A stretch of 64,000 nt of DNA from a virus, in IMG/VR virus record IMGVR_UViG_3300030390_000715, positions 64,001-128,000 of that record; one strand, 5' to 3'. Numbering within the stretch: the stretch's first letter is position 1; the number at the start of each line of letters is the position of its first letter. Of the stretch, positions 27,413 through 37,032 are shown piece by piece. The notes under the pieces were generated by a model, which was not told where the DNA came from, ran no database searches, and saw only the letters and a list, made by a program, of their open reading frames with translations. Both the position numbers and the translations under genes were made by a program.

Positions 27413-28075
27413 ATGTGTGTGGTAAATTTAATTGCGCTAAGTAAACCGAGCGCGTATAGTGAATGCAGAACAGCCGAAGAATTAGTAGCGTATACTGCGC
27501 GAGTAAGTAATCCGGCTAATCAAAATAACACTGGGACAGCAAGCAAGCTCCTCTCGTATCTCATTAGAGAAAATCATTGGTCGCCTCTAGAGATGGTTCA
27601 TATGACAATGGAAATTAAAACGACTAGAGATATTAGTCGCCAGATTTTACGTCATCGATCCTTCTCGTTTCAAGAGTTTAGTCAACGATATGCGGTGAGT
27701 GAGAATATAGACGTAGTTAGAGAAACACGATTACAAGATAAATCGAATCGTCAAAACTCTATAGAGACGGATGATAAACATGTACATCATGAATGGCTTG
27801 ACGCGCAGACTAAAGTTAGAACACTAGCAAAAGAGCAGTATCATAGGGCTCTTGATCTAGGTGTCGCGAAAGAGCAAGCGAGGTCATTGTTACCCGAAGG
27901 TCTTACCGAGACTACGCTATATATGTCGGGTAGTCTAAGATCGTGGGTACACTATTGCGATCTTAGAATGTCAAACGGTACACAGAAAGAACATATGGAA
28001 ATCGCTAAGTCCTGTTGGGAAATTATAGGACAGCACTTTCCTAGTGTAATTAATTCAATTGAAGATAAGGAATAA
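27413..28075 (+). CDS. thyX: Flavin-dependent thymidylate synthase
   Basis: HWSPLE, RQILRHRSFSFQEFSQRY, EQARSLLP, TQKEH. Confidence 0.95.
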   Translation: MCVVNLIALSKPSAYSECRTAEELVAYTARVSNPANQNNTGTASKLLSYLIRENHWSPLEMVHMTMEIKTTRDISRQILRHRSFSFQEFSQRYAVSENIDVVRETRLQDKSNRQNSIETDDKHVHHEWLDAQTKVRTLAKEQYHRALDLGVAKEQARSLLPEGLTETTLYMSGSLRSWVHYCDLRMSNGTQKEHMEIAKSCWEIIGQHFPSVINSIEDKE

Positions 28076-28079
28076 AGAA

Positions 28080-28382
28080 ATGGGTATAGGAATATTGACG
28101 GGCCTAAGTAATTTAATAGGAGAAGTGGTATCGGTCGTAACAGTTTCTGGTGAGTATGTTGGCGTTTTTGAAGGTGAAGGCAAAGATGGCGAGATCGTCG
28201 TTAAAAATCCTCGAATGTTAATCGCAACTGAAGAAGGTGTAGGATTTGCGAGAGGTCTATGTATGACTGGTATGGCTGATGCGAAGATGGTACGGTTTAA
28301 AGACTATGTTTTTCTTACAGCCACTAATGATGATTTCGCAAATTCCTACAGAGAAGCGACCTCATTGATACAACGAGTGTGA
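28080..28382 (+). CDS. Hypothetical protein (Sm-like beta barrel)
   Basis: GEVVSVVTVSGEYVG...NPR pattern. Confidence 0.55.
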   Translation: MGIGILTGLSNLIGEVVSVVTVSGEYVGVFEGEGKDGEIVVKNPRMLIATEEGVGFARGLCMTGMADAKMVRFKDYVFLTATNDDFANSYREATSLIQRV

Positions 28383-28525
28383 ATAGCAAAAAAGCCAAGC
28401 TCTTCCGTAAAGTAGGAAAGGTTGACAAAAGGTCTAAGAAACTGTACAATACTTTAGATCACAAAGAGCGTGAAGTTCTTGGCGAAATATATGCTATTCT
28501 AAAAACTAAACAAAAGGTGAAATAA
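28379..28525 (+). CDS. Small basic hypothetical protein
   Basis: Translated by hand (MNSKKAKLFRK...); GTGA overlap with the previous stop. Confidence 0.45.
   Translation: MNSKKAKLFRKVGKVDKRSKKLYNTLDHKEREVLGEIYAILKTKQKVK
28422..28450 (+). promoter_or_regulatory. sigma70-type promoter
   Basis: TTGACA-17-TACAAT upstream of the denV-like gene. Confidence 0.6.
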
Positions 28526-28526
28526 G

Positions 28527-29075
28527 ATGAACGTGTTCTACTTAGATAAAGACCCAGTAGTATGTGCTGAAATGCATAACGACAAGCACGTGGTAAAGAT
28601 GCTTGTAGAATACGCGCAACTTATGTCGACGGCTCATAGAATTATTGATGGTGAACACTGGGAGGGAAGAACTACAAACGGTCGCAGAATCGCAAGGTTC
28701 TTCCACCCAGACGCCGCTATGCAACATACTCTATATAAGGCTACTCACATGAATCATCCATCTGCGGTGTGGCTCCGAGAATCAGCACAGAATTATACGT
28801 GGTTGTACGATATGTGGACAGCATTACATCATGAGTTTGAACACAGATATGGCAAGTCTCACCTTTCATTCACTAAGCTAGAGTATTACTTGATATCCCC
28901 TCCCGAGGGTTTAACTGGTGTATCCGGCTTTACAGATCCACCTCCTGCTATGGGTCAATTCCCTGATTGTATCGTTCCGGGCGATTCAATAAAATCTTAT
29001 CGCAACTACTATCAAGTAGCTAAGAAGAGTTTTGCAGTGTGGACAAAACGCGACACACCCTATTGGTGGAAATAA
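28527..29075 (+). CDS. denV: Pyrimidine-dimer DNA glycosylase/endonuclease V family protein
   Basis: MNVFYLD...DKHVVKM..EYAQL.STAH, H.NHPSA.W, EF..RYGK.H, YR.YY. Confidence 0.75.
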   Translation: MNVFYLDKDPVVCAEMHNDKHVVKMLVEYAQLMSTAHRIIDGEHWEGRTTNGRRIARFFHPDAAMQHTLYKATHMNHPSAVWLRESAQNYTWLYDMWTALHHEFEHRYGKSHLSFTKLEYYLISPPEGLTGVSGFTDPPPAMGQFPDCIVPGDSIKSYRNYYQVAKKSFAVWTKRDTPYWWK

Positions 29076-29242
29076 TGGCAACAAAAAATGACGTAACTGG
29101 AGATAGTATCCAGAGTAAGAAAAGCAGTAAGAACTATCGTGATAATTATGGAAACATATGGAAGAAACCCGATGAATCGCCAGTACCACATCGCGAGGAT
29201 ACGGATACAGATAATGAAACATATCGAAGAGGATACGATTGA
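29075..29242 (+). CDS. Small conserved phage protein
   Basis: MATKNDVTGD.I.SK....YRDNY..IW. Confidence 0.55.
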   Translation: MATKNDVTGDSIQSKKSSKNYRDNYGNIWKKPDESPVPHREDTDTDNETYRRGYD

Positions 29243-30012
29243 TGGCTAAAAAAGTGACTGCTAAAAGAGTTAAACGTGCCAAGTTTGTGCCTAAACCCAA
29301 GAAGACGTTGATACCTCAACCTAATTGGAGTAAACTTGAAAAGGCTACGACCGAAGATCAGCGTATGCAAGCTTGGTTAGATTGTGATATGTTCGTGCAT
29401 TGTGAAGTGACTGATAAAGAATATCTTCACTCTATGAAGAAGTGGCTTAGAAAAGAAAGCGGTTGGGGTGTAAATGACGAGGTGCTTTTAATACCAGATA
29501 CGTTCTTAGTAGCTTGCGCAAAGCATGGTTGGAAAGCGATACGTCTGGGCTACATGCCGGTTGCAGTTCGAACGTCTTTATATAAGATACTAATGCCGTT
29601 ACTGAAAAATGCGCAGGCACTTAAAGATAAGGTCACGGGCGATCCATTGATTCACCCCACCGTATCTGATAAAGATGAAGATCATGCGCTATATCTGCCC
29701 AAAGTGAAAGAGTGGATTGTTTCGATTAAGCAATACCTCAAAGCGAGTAAGCATTACGAAGAATCGTCTGATGCGAAGTTAAGAATGCAATACCAAACAG
29801 CAACGACCTATCTGTATAATCTATCTGCTTATATGCGAACAGGCGTGTGGCTAGATTCGCATTACGGTGAGAAGCGAGAGTATAAGCAAGTATCTGTTTG
29901 CATAGCTCCCTCATATCGCCCAGACGGTACTATGAATAGAACGATAGGTGTCCACTATCCTGATGTTGGGGCTGTATGGACACGAGAAATGGAGTATCCG
30001 AATGAAGCTTGA
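29242..30012 (+). CDS. Hypothetical protein upstream of gp33
   Basis: Y..N...Y.RTG.WLD..YGE pattern; coupled to gp33. Confidence 0.65.
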   Translation: MAKKVTAKRVKRAKFVPKPKKTLIPQPNWSKLEKATTEDQRMQAWLDCDMFVHCEVTDKEYLHSMKKWLRKESGWGVNDEVLLIPDTFLVACAKHGWKAIRLGYMPVAVRTSLYKILMPLLKNAQALKDKVTGDPLIHPTVSDKDEDHALYLPKVKEWIVSIKQYLKASKHYEESSDAKLRMQYQTATTYLYNLSAYMRTGVWLDSHYGEKREYKQVSVCIAPSYRPDGTMNRTIGVHYPDVGAVWTREMEYPNEA

Positions 30013-30232
30013 TGGAATGATGATGACGAAGAGTAGGTTCACTAAGATGGTCGAAGACTGGGTGCGTGAAAAGCGAATGCCCTACATGGATGCAGTCTGC
30101 GCTATATGTGAACAACACAAGATGGAGATCGAAGATGTTAAGAAGTACATATCTCCTGTTATAAAGAATAAGATAGAAGCTGAAGCAATGAGCCTAAACT
30201 ATCTTCCTCGCCAAAACACTTTACCAATTTAG
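30002..30232 (+). CDS. gp33: Late transcription co-activator gp33
   Basis: F...VE......YMDAV..IC.....E.EDV.K.IS..IK.KIEAEA..LNYL; next to gp32. Confidence 0.85.
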   Translation: MKLDGMMMTKSRFTKMVEDWVREKRMPYMDAVCAICEQHKMEIEDVKKYISPVIKNKIEAEAMSLNYLPRQNTLPI

Positions 30233-30258
30233 CTATATACTAATGCGTAATAAAATGA

Positions 30259-30287
30259 TTGACTTTGGTTGATCATTATGTTACAAT
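30259..30287 (+). promoter_or_regulatory. sigma70-type promoter for gp32
   Basis: TTGACT-17-TACAAT with extended TG. Confidence 0.65.
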
Positions 30288-30338
30288 ACTCGAAGTACCA
30301 TAAACTGAAATACACTGTTAATAATAGGAACAAGAAAT

Positions 30339-31247
30339 ATGTCTTTTGCAAATTTAAAACGTAACCGCAATTCAATCGCAGACCTCGTATCTGCGGGCGC
30401 CACAAACACTGAAAAGAAAAACTATGACGATGATCGTCAATGGAAAGCGACGGTCGATAAAGCTGGTAATGGCTATGCCGTTCTCCGTTTCTTGCCTGCA
30501 CCAGAAGGTAATGAGACTCCATGGGCTAGATATTGGGACCATGGCTTTAAAGGACCTACCGGTCAATGGATGATCGAACGATCATTGACTAGTATCGGGC
30601 AACCATGTCCAATATCAGAAGCAAATAGTGCGCTCTGGAATTCGGGCAACGAAGATGATAAAGCTATCGTGCGTGATCGTAAGCGTAGGCTTCATTATGT
30701 ATCGAATGTATTGGTCGTAAGTGATCCGAGCAACCCTTCTAATGAAGGTAAAGTAATGCTCTATACTTTCGGTAAGAAGATTCATGATAAGATCATGGAT
30801 GTTATGCAACCTCAGTTTCAAGATGAAGCTCCACTTAACCCATATGATATGTGGGAAGGCGCAGACTTCAAATTGAAAATCAGAAATTGGGAGGGTTATC
30901 GCAACTATGATAAGTCAGAGTTCGCCAGTCAATCAGCCTTATTAGGTGGTGATGACGAGAAGCTTGAAGCATTGTATGCCAAGACATATGATTTACATGA
31001 GTACACAGATCCTGCTAATTACAAAACTTACGCAGAATTATCTGCTCGTCTAGCTCTTGTATTGGGTCAATCTAGTCCTCAAACTCTGGCTCATTCTGCA
31101 TCACTTGATGCTCAATCTCCTGCTCCTGCTCCTGCAAGCGCACCTCAACCCAGCATCCCAGCCGCTGATGCCGCAGTTCCATCATCCGCAGCCTCTGATG
31201 ATGATGATACTATGGCATACTTCAGTTCTCTAGCGGCTGAAGACTAA
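30339..31247 (+). CDS. gp32: Single-stranded DNA-binding protein gp32
   Basis: DKAGNGYAVLRFLPAP, HGFKG, FGKKI, GADFKLKI, YRNYDKSEF; acidic C-tail. Confidence 0.95.
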   Translation: MSFANLKRNRNSIADLVSAGATNTEKKNYDDDRQWKATVDKAGNGYAVLRFLPAPEGNETPWARYWDHGFKGPTGQWMIERSLTSIGQPCPISEANSALWNSGNEDDKAIVRDRKRRLHYVSNVLVVSDPSNPSNEGKVMLYTFGKKIHDKIMDVMQPQFQDEAPLNPYDMWEGADFKLKIRNWEGYRNYDKSEFASQSALLGGDDEKLEALYAKTYDLHEYTDPANYKTYAELSARLALVLGQSSPQTLAHSASLDAQSPAPAPASAPQPSIPAADAAVPSSAASDDDDTMAYFSSLAAED

Positions 31248-31254
31248 ACTAATC

Positions 31255-31282
31255 GGGGTTGGCATTCGTCAACCCCTTTTTT
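31255..31282 (+). terminator. Rho-independent terminator
   Basis: GGGGTTGGC-ATTC-GTCAACCCC followed by T6. Confidence 0.85.
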
Positions 31283-31301
31283 AATTTGAAGGACTTATAT
31301 T

Positions 31302-32006
31302 ATGGATTACTCAACAATTCTCCAACTTTATTCACCATCGATTTTAGAATATATCTTTCTAGGAATTATATTATTAAGTTTCATTCTATATCTTTATAAT
31401 CCTAAGGAACATTGGTCGATAGAGATGCAGAAGCGATTCGAATACCAGAACATGCCCGTATTAATACCAGTCCCTATCATAACTAAAGATATGGGATTCT
31501 GGAGTGCAATGAGAACTTGGCTATTCACTCGAAGGACCTTTGAGCTAGGTGAAGATTTTAATTTTTCATTAAGAAGATATGGCACAGATTTTATTATACC
31601 AAAAGGATTTCGTACAGACTGCGCCTCTATACCTAGATTTCTTGGCGCATTCTTATCTCCGACTGGTCTTCTTTTGATTCCAGGAATCGTTCACGATTAT
31701 TGCTATCGAACAGGATACTATCCACCCGCGCCGGGTAGTGAGTTTTTCTATGTAGACGCTATTTCGCGAAAGGAATCAGATATTTGGTTTCGTGAAATCG
31801 CTACTTCGGTCAACGGTTTTGTTGTATTGAACCATATCGCGTATGTAGCACTAAGACTAACCGGATGGTGGGGATGGAAAGGGAGTGCTAGTGAACAAAC
31901 AAAATGGTGGCTTAAACCAGGCTTTATCTTTTGGATTCTTGCCGCAGTCGTGTTGACCCTTTACTCTTGTAACGTACCTAGGTATGATATAATATATACA
32001 TATTGA
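31302..32006 (+). CDS. DUF1353 family membrane protein
   Basis: IPKGFRTD.ASIPR, VHDY.Y, R.ESD..F; TM segments. Confidence 0.75.
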   Translation: MDYSTILQLYSPSILEYIFLGIILLSFILYLYNPKEHWSIEMQKRFEYQNMPVLIPVPIITKDMGFWSAMRTWLFTRRTFELGEDFNFSLRRYGTDFIIPKGFRTDCASIPRFLGAFLSPTGLLLIPGIVHDYCYRTGYYPPAPGSEFFYVDAISRKESDIWFREIATSVNGFVVLNHIAYVALRLTGWWGWKGSASEQTKWWLKPGFIFWILAAVVLTLYSCNVPRYDIIYTY

Positions 32007-32021
32007 CAGAGGATGCAATAA

Positions 32022-32453
32022 ATGTTTGAATATAGATGTAAAGTAGTGAGAGTCATTGACGGAGATACAGTGGTTGTAGATATCGACTTAGGTTTCGGTA
32101 TCGAAATGAGGAATCAGACCATAAGATTGCGTGGTGTAGATACTCCGGAAGTTCGTACACGAGATGACATAGAAAAGATGTACGGTAATATAGCCAAAGA
32201 CTATGTGGAACATATGCTACTTTCGCAAGAAGAAACACATGGGTATGTTGTTTTGAAATCATATTCGTTTTCAGGAAAGTACGGTAGAACGCTCGGTGAT
32301 TTTATAGTAGAAGGATCTTCACTCGCTTCGATGATAATAGAAGAGCATGTTGGTGTAGAATACATCATCACGGAATCAAAAGAAGATCGAGCAAAAAAGC
32401 ATGTTCTCAATAGAACCTTAATAAGTGAAGAGATGACAGAGGGCTATATTTGA
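32022..32453 (+). CDS. Thermonuclease (SNase) family nuclease
   Basis: VIDGDT, IRLRGVDTPE, GKYGRTLG. Confidence 0.85.
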   Translation: MFEYRCKVVRVIDGDTVVVDIDLGFGIEMRNQTIRLRGVDTPEVRTRDDIEKMYGNIAKDYVEHMLLSQEETHGYVVLKSYSFSGKYGRTLGDFIVEGSSLASMIIEEHVGVEYIITESKEDRAKKHVLNRTLISEEMTEGYI

Positions 32454-32750
32454 ATGGCTAAACACATCGAAGATAAAACGCATAGCGGAAATGAACTAAG
32501 AACCATATGTGAAATGCATCGTGAGTTATACGATATAGTGTATGAGGTTGATGGCATGGAAGAAGCTTGTAGAATTCTTCAAGAAGCTTACACCGCGGCA
32601 AAGAAGATGGACGCAAAGCTTCGCCAATATGCGGGTGACTATGATAACGAATGGTGGGAGCTTGAACGTGAGATAGTCATATCAGAAAAGATACAAAACA
32701 GAACAGCCCGATCAATAGAACGGAAAGAAATAAAAAAACGAGAGATGTAA
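32454..32750 (+). CDS. Hypothetical protein
   Basis: TICE.HR.LYD...AKKM..KLRQY pattern. Confidence 0.6.
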   Translation: MAKHIEDKTHSGNELRTICEMHRELYDIVYEVDGMEEACRILQEAYTAAKKMDAKLRQYAGDYDNEWWELEREIVISEKIQNRTARSIERKEIKKREM

Positions 32751-32774
32751 TGTACGAGAGATGTAATTGATCTC

Positions 32775-32899
32775 TAGTGGGCTCCCCACGACGAGAAGCG
32801 AGATAATTACTCGTAGGAGACGAGCTATCAATAGACTAGCCGTTATGGTAAAGCGTCACACGATTATGAATGGCTTGGCCGCTAGTAATCGTTCCACTA
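32775..32899. ncRNA. Candidate structured RNA in a convergent intergenic gap
   Basis: Nested inverted repeats TAGTGG/CCACTA, GCTC/GAGC, ACGAG/CTCGT, ACTAGC/GCTAGT, AGCCGTT/AATGGCT. Confidence 0.4.
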
Positions 32900-32909
32900 A
32901 ATTTTTAAT

Positions 32910-34301
32910 TTACCAAGAGTAAGCGTTTGATCGTGTTCCGTTGTTTGTTGTAGGACTAGTCATAACAAACGGGCTACTAGTATTAGAAACATTGTTTTGT
33001 GTAGTAGTCGGTGCTGATACTTGGGTTGTCTGTACAATGGTCACATTAGCGTCACCAGACGCACTGGATGTCTGTCTCCCGATCTCTTCGCTAACACTCT
33101 GTCGAGACTCGTCACCTTTTATCATTTCCGCAGTAACAGTTTTTGTTACAAACTCAACGCGCTCTTGCGCGTCTGTACGTTGTTCAGCTTTCCATCTAGA
33201 AAGATCACCATACTTCTCACTTTCGTTTACGCCAGTAATCGAAGCTATATCAGCCATAGTACTGGCAGAAAAGGTGGGCTGAGGTATGGGTGGCTTTTCA
33301 CCCTTACCAGAGTTGTCGTTGAATCCATTATCGAATTCGCGCATGAATGCTTCTATCGGAGAATCGCCTTTAGTGAAGATAGCTTTAATTGCGGCTGTCG
33401 CACCTCTACCTACACCTTCGACGAAATTCAAGATAGTGTCAACAATACTACCGAAGCTGTCTGCCATTGAAAACCCGTCGAGTAGTTTAGAGAAATTATC
33501 AAAGCCTAGTTTACTAGACAACCAAGAGATTCCATCTTTGAGTAGATCAAGGGGTAGGGTAACTAGGCTACCGATTCCTTTAAGAACACCTTTCGCAACG
33601 GCTGTAAACTTAGCGAACAGATCAGAGCCATCACCTAGACTAGTCAACTCTTCGAATATTGCCATTCCGGTTTCTATTGCTAATGTGATAGGCAAGAATG
33701 CTCTACCAATAATTCTGAAAAAACCAAATACCTTAGAGAACGAAGCTCCGAACTTTGATATGAATCTCGTAACAGGCTCAAAGAAGCTTGTAATCTTTGC
33801 GAATGTTTTACCTATAACGCCCTTTGTGCCTATAAATGAATTCAATCTACCGAAGAAGTCTGTCATAGGTTTGAAGGACGATCCAATCTTTGTGAGTATT
33901 GCTCCCACCTTTCCGTTTGCGCTAAAGATAGCTTTAAAGCTATTTGACCATTTTGTTAGTCTAGCTCCGACATCGAAATTCATCTTCTTCAGAATAGCAT
34001 TCAAGGTGTCGCCTAGCCCCAAAGTGAAGCCTGCTATGGAGCCTGCTATTCCTGCTACTAAAGCCGCGAATCCAAAGTTTAGACCTTCGGTATTCTTAAC
34101 AGTAGGCACTTCAGGTTGGACGCTCGAATCATCTTTACCAGAAATACGCTCACGCATATTCTCAGCCTCGTCCATCTTGTTACTAGCCCAGAGAGTGATA
34201 AAGTTGTCGATGTTGCGATCAAGCCTAGTGAGAACGTCATTATTCGCACGTTGCTCCATGACAACATCATTTAGAGTCTTACCTTTAGCTTTCTTAGCCA
34301 C
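32910..34301 (-). CDS. Tape-measure/gp29-like tail protein
   Basis: Ala/Gly/Phe amphipathic helical repeats and hydrophobic segments; lies downstream of gp26/gp51. Confidence 0.6.
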   Translation of the reverse strand: MAKKAKGKTLNDVVMEQRANNDVLTRLDRNIDNFITLWASNKMDEAENMRERISGKDDSSVQPEVPTVKNTEGLNFGFAALVAGIAGSIAGFTLGLGDTLNAILKKMNFDVGARLTKWSNSFKAIFSANGKVGAILTKIGSSFKPMTDFFGRLNSFIGTKGVIGKTFAKITSFFEPVTRFISKFGASFSKVFGFFRIIGRAFLPITLAIETGMAIFEELTSLGDGSDLFAKFTAVAKGVLKGIGSLVTLPLDLLKDGISWLSSKLGFDNFSKLLDGFSMADSFGSIVDTILNFVEGVGRGATAAIKAIFTKGDSPIEAFMREFDNGFNDNSGKGEKPPIPQPTFSASTMADIASITGVNESEKYGDLSRWKAEQRTDAQERVEFVTKTVTAEMIKGDESRQSVSEEIGRQTSSASGDANVTIVQTTQVSAPTTTQNNVSNTSSPFVMTSPTTNNGTRSNAYSW

Positions 34302-34485
34302 CGTTTTCTTGCTCCTTTCGTTGGGCTTCTTCTTCTTCTAGAGCTTGCATTAACATGATCATATGTACCTCTCTCTCCCATGGCATCATTTCATCTAACT
34401 CTGTTAAAGAGTATTTATGATACCTAAGTAGCATAAAGTTCGATTTAAAATAATTTGTAAGGGACTCATGAGAGAGGCATACTAA
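34294..34485 (-). CDS. gp51: gp51-like baseplate/tail assembly protein, probably made as a -1 frameshift extension of gp26
   Basis: Translated by hand: LVCLSHESLTNYFKSNFMLLRYHKYSLTELDEMMPWEREVH...; open in the -1 frame across the gp26 stop. Confidence 0.7.
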   Translation of the reverse strand, partial: LVCLSHESLTNYFKSNFMLLRYHKYSLTELDEMMPWEREVHMIMLMQALEEEEAQRKEQENGG

Positions 34486-35180
34486 AAAAACGACTGCATG
34501 CCCTCAAGTTTTAATTTATTTGCATGCCCGCAATCCGAACACTCAAACTCTATAGTATGCTTAACTGCTGGCATATTCTCAAGATAATCGGATAGCTTTG
34601 AGAACTGGCTTTGAGTCATTGAGTCAATGAATTCTCCCATACTCTCTTCGCTCTCCTCACTAGCGTTTATTCTATTTTCGCCATTATCTGTTATTATTGT
34701 CTTAATACATTTACCTAGTACACTGAATCCTTGCGTTCTACTATCACCGTCGAAGTCAAGCATCGTGTAATTAGGGTAATCCATCTCCACGCTAATATCG
34801 TCAGTAAGTTCTATGATCGATGACGAAGCGGTCTTCTCGCATTTAATCGAGCTAATGTCAATACTATTCTTGTTAGGAGTCTTACACTCAGAACAATCTA
34901 GTTTTACGTCTATCTTATCTCCTACAGACTTAGATCGAATTTGCAAGAACATATATTCGATGTCAAATGTTTTGAGATCATCGTTCTTTATATTACCGTC
35001 GATACAAGCAATAACGGTATCTACAACCGCAGACATTATTTGTCCAGGGTCTTGCTGTTCTGATGCCATTAACAATATCTTTTCTTCTTTAACTAAGTAA
35101 GGTCTGTACTTGACTTTCTTGCCTGTAGATGGTATAGTTAGTGTATATTTTGGAACACTATTTAACTGTGGTAATGCCAT
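34482..35180 (-). CDS. gp26: Baseplate hub assembly protein gp26
   Basis: MALP...P.Y.L.IPSTG..V.YRPYLVKEEKILL, FDIEY.FL.IRSKSVG, two CxxC, LEG.QSFF. Confidence 0.9.
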   Translation of the reverse strand: MALPQLNSVPKYTLTIPSTGKKVKYRPYLVKEEKILLMASEQQDPGQIMSAVVDTVIACIDGNIKNDDLKTFDIEYMFLQIRSKSVGDKIDVKLDCSECKTPNKNSIDISSIKCEKTASSSIIELTDDISVEMDYPNYTMLDFDGDSRTQGFSVLGKCIKTIITDNGENRINASEESEESMGEFIDSMTQSQFSKLSDYLENMPAVKHTIEFECSDCGHANKLKLEGMQSFF

Positions 35181-35196
35181 GATTTATTCTCAGTTG

Positions 35197-35925
35197 TTAT
35201 ATTGAATTATATAGTGAGTTTGTTAACTTATTTAGTATGCCCGTAGTAGCCGCTCCAGTAGCTGTAATTCCTACCTTACCCTTATCTTTGTTCTGGAGTA
35301 CTTCGCCCTGCCAAGACTTGTATGTAAACTCTACAGTGAATTGACTTATCTCATTAGAAGCACCGTCCGAAAATGTTTCGTATGATACAGACTTAGGATA
35401 TGCACGATCTAATAGCCAATGGTAGTTAGCAAAGCCCGAAGTACCTGCGTCAATATCTAAGTCGAGATTTATATTGATTGGTCCTAATCTTACGTCTTTA
35501 CTCTTGTTGAGAATAGGTATGCTGAATCCTTTCTCTAATTGATAGATGTGTAAAGGAAAGCAGTAGTTGTCGGCATACTCAGAAACATACCTACCTTCTA
35601 GATCGTCAGTACGAACGATAATGCTATCCATCCAACCTTCGAAATATCGTCGGGTACTCTGATCATTCATTACACGAAAGGTCATAGAGACTTCAGGATT
35701 CTGAAACCCGTACGCGACTTGTTGTTGATCAACACCCATATCACGAGCCGCAGTAAGAATTTGCCTCGAAGGTAATGTCACACTCGTACAGAGAAACGAC
35801 ATGTTCCTAGGAGAATCAGCTCCTTGAATCGCAGGCAATTGAACATGATATAAATTCGTCTTTGCGGCTCCACGTTTTGAACCTACAAGACTTTTAAATT
35901 CATCTATGCTACTTGGTCTAAACAT
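35197..35925 (-). CDS. Tail tube-like/gp54 baseplate-tube initiator
   Basis: G.AK.NLY.V, LC.SV.LP, FE.W...I, AYP.SV, F.V.F.Y..W. Confidence 0.7.
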   Translation of the reverse strand: MFRPSSIDEFKSLVGSKRGAAKTNLYHVQLPAIQGADSPRNMSFLCTSVTLPSRQILTAARDMGVDQQQVAYGFQNPEVSMTFRVMNDQSTRRYFEGWMDSIIVRTDDLEGRYVSEYADNYCFPLHIYQLEKGFSIPILNKSKDVRLGPININLDLDIDAGTSGFANYHWLLDRAYPKSVSYETFSDGASNEISQFTVEFTYKSWQGEVLQNKDKGKVGITATGAATTGILNKLTNSLYNSI

Positions 35926-36524
35926 TAGATCATGCTCCTTGAATCTTTATAAACAGCACCTTTATTACCCTGAAATTGTTGCGTCGGTAAAAATGTCGCT
36001 ATTTCCCATTCTGGTGGTGGTACGTATGCCATCTGCCCTTCAATTTGAGAAGTCAGGTAATGCTTTAAACACGGCTTGAACCATTTAAACTTTGAACTAG
36101 CAGTAAGAAATTTGTATGAGGCTTGAAACTTAGTAGTTTCATCCCACGCTTTATTGTTTGTAACTTTCATTAGTTCGTCCAGTAACTTGGCACGAAGTGG
36201 TATAGGCAAGTAGTGAAGATTCAGCCCTAGAAACCCACCCTTTGCAGGACCAACAATGATCACTAAAGGAAATGCGTCCCAGTACGGAAGCGTATCTCGG
36301 TGCTTGGCATCGTAGAAGTACATGTACATATCACCAATGCCTTTGCTACTACGAGCGCCACGCGTACTGCGTAACTCTAGCTCTTGTTCTCGCATAAGAG
36401 CGCGACGATTAATGCCTCGCATTTTTTGCACTTTCTTTCTAAACCATGCAGTCGCCTCTTTACTACGTGGCGTTATGCCCGCACGAAACGCTTCTTGTTC
36501 TACTTTTTTAAAGATTTCACTCAT
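35925..36524 (-). CDS. gp2: DNA end protector protein gp2
   Basis: MY.Y.YDAKH..TLPYWD.FPL, GFLGLNLHYL, K.YL, W..A.FLP. Confidence 0.9.
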   Translation of the reverse strand: MSEIFKKVEQEAFRAGITPRSKEATAWFRKKVQKMRGINRRALMREQELELRSTRGARSSKGIGDMYMYFYDAKHRDTLPYWDAFPLVIIVGPAKGGFLGLNLHYLPIPLRAKLLDELMKVTNNKAWDETTKFQASYKFLTASSKFKWFKPCLKHYLTSQIEGQMAYVPPPEWEIATFLPTQQFQGNKGAVYKDSRSMI

Positions 36525-36528
36525 ACGT

Positions 36529-37023
36529 TTATTTAGTCTTTTTCTTAGTGGATTTTAATTTCTTTAGTGGTTTTAGTTTCTTCAGTGGCTTAGGCATTAT
36601 TCCTTTCGCAGTCAACTCAACCTCTGTCCATATTTCAAACGACCAACCGTTATCTTTTGCGAAGTTAGAGGCGGCTTTCCATTTATTCTGGTTTTTAACA
36701 TACGTCAATCCCTCGTTTAAATATCGTCGGGTGCGCTTATCACCTTTTGGTGGCATCGTCTCTTTCTTCGGCTTGATCTCAATAAGAACAGTTCGACGAT
36801 CAGCATATGTCACTTTCAAGTCCATGAAGTATCGATGATATCGTTTATCGATGTCATAGTAATAGGGTATCACAACCTCTTCGCTTGACCATCCTATAAC
36901 ATTAGGGTCATCGTCGCACCATGTAAAGGCGTATTTCTCCCACATTGATCGATACACCACTTTAGAATAGTCACCCTTATACTTGGATGGGTTTTTAACT
37001 TTATATCTGCCAGAATAAGCCAC
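36529..37023 (-). CDS. gp4: Head completion nuclease gp4
   Basis: AYSG.Y..KNP.KYKGD...VYRS.WE, WSSEE, HRYF.D, EIKP, N..KW.AA. Confidence 0.92.
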   Translation of the reverse strand: MAYSGRYKVKNPSKYKGDYSKVVYRSMWEKYAFTWCDDDPNVIGWSSEEVVIPYYYDIDKRYHRYFMDLKVTYADRRTVLIEIKPKKETMPPKGDKRTRRYLNEGLTYVKNQNKWKAASNFAKDNGWSFEIWTEVELTAKGIMPKPLKKLKPLKKLKSTKKKTK

Positions 37024-37032
37024 TAGTTCCCT

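Noticed and set aside
33286-34341. 351-aa plus-strand ORF
   Set aside because: Antisense shadow of the tape-measure-like gene; no motifs and no clear RBS.
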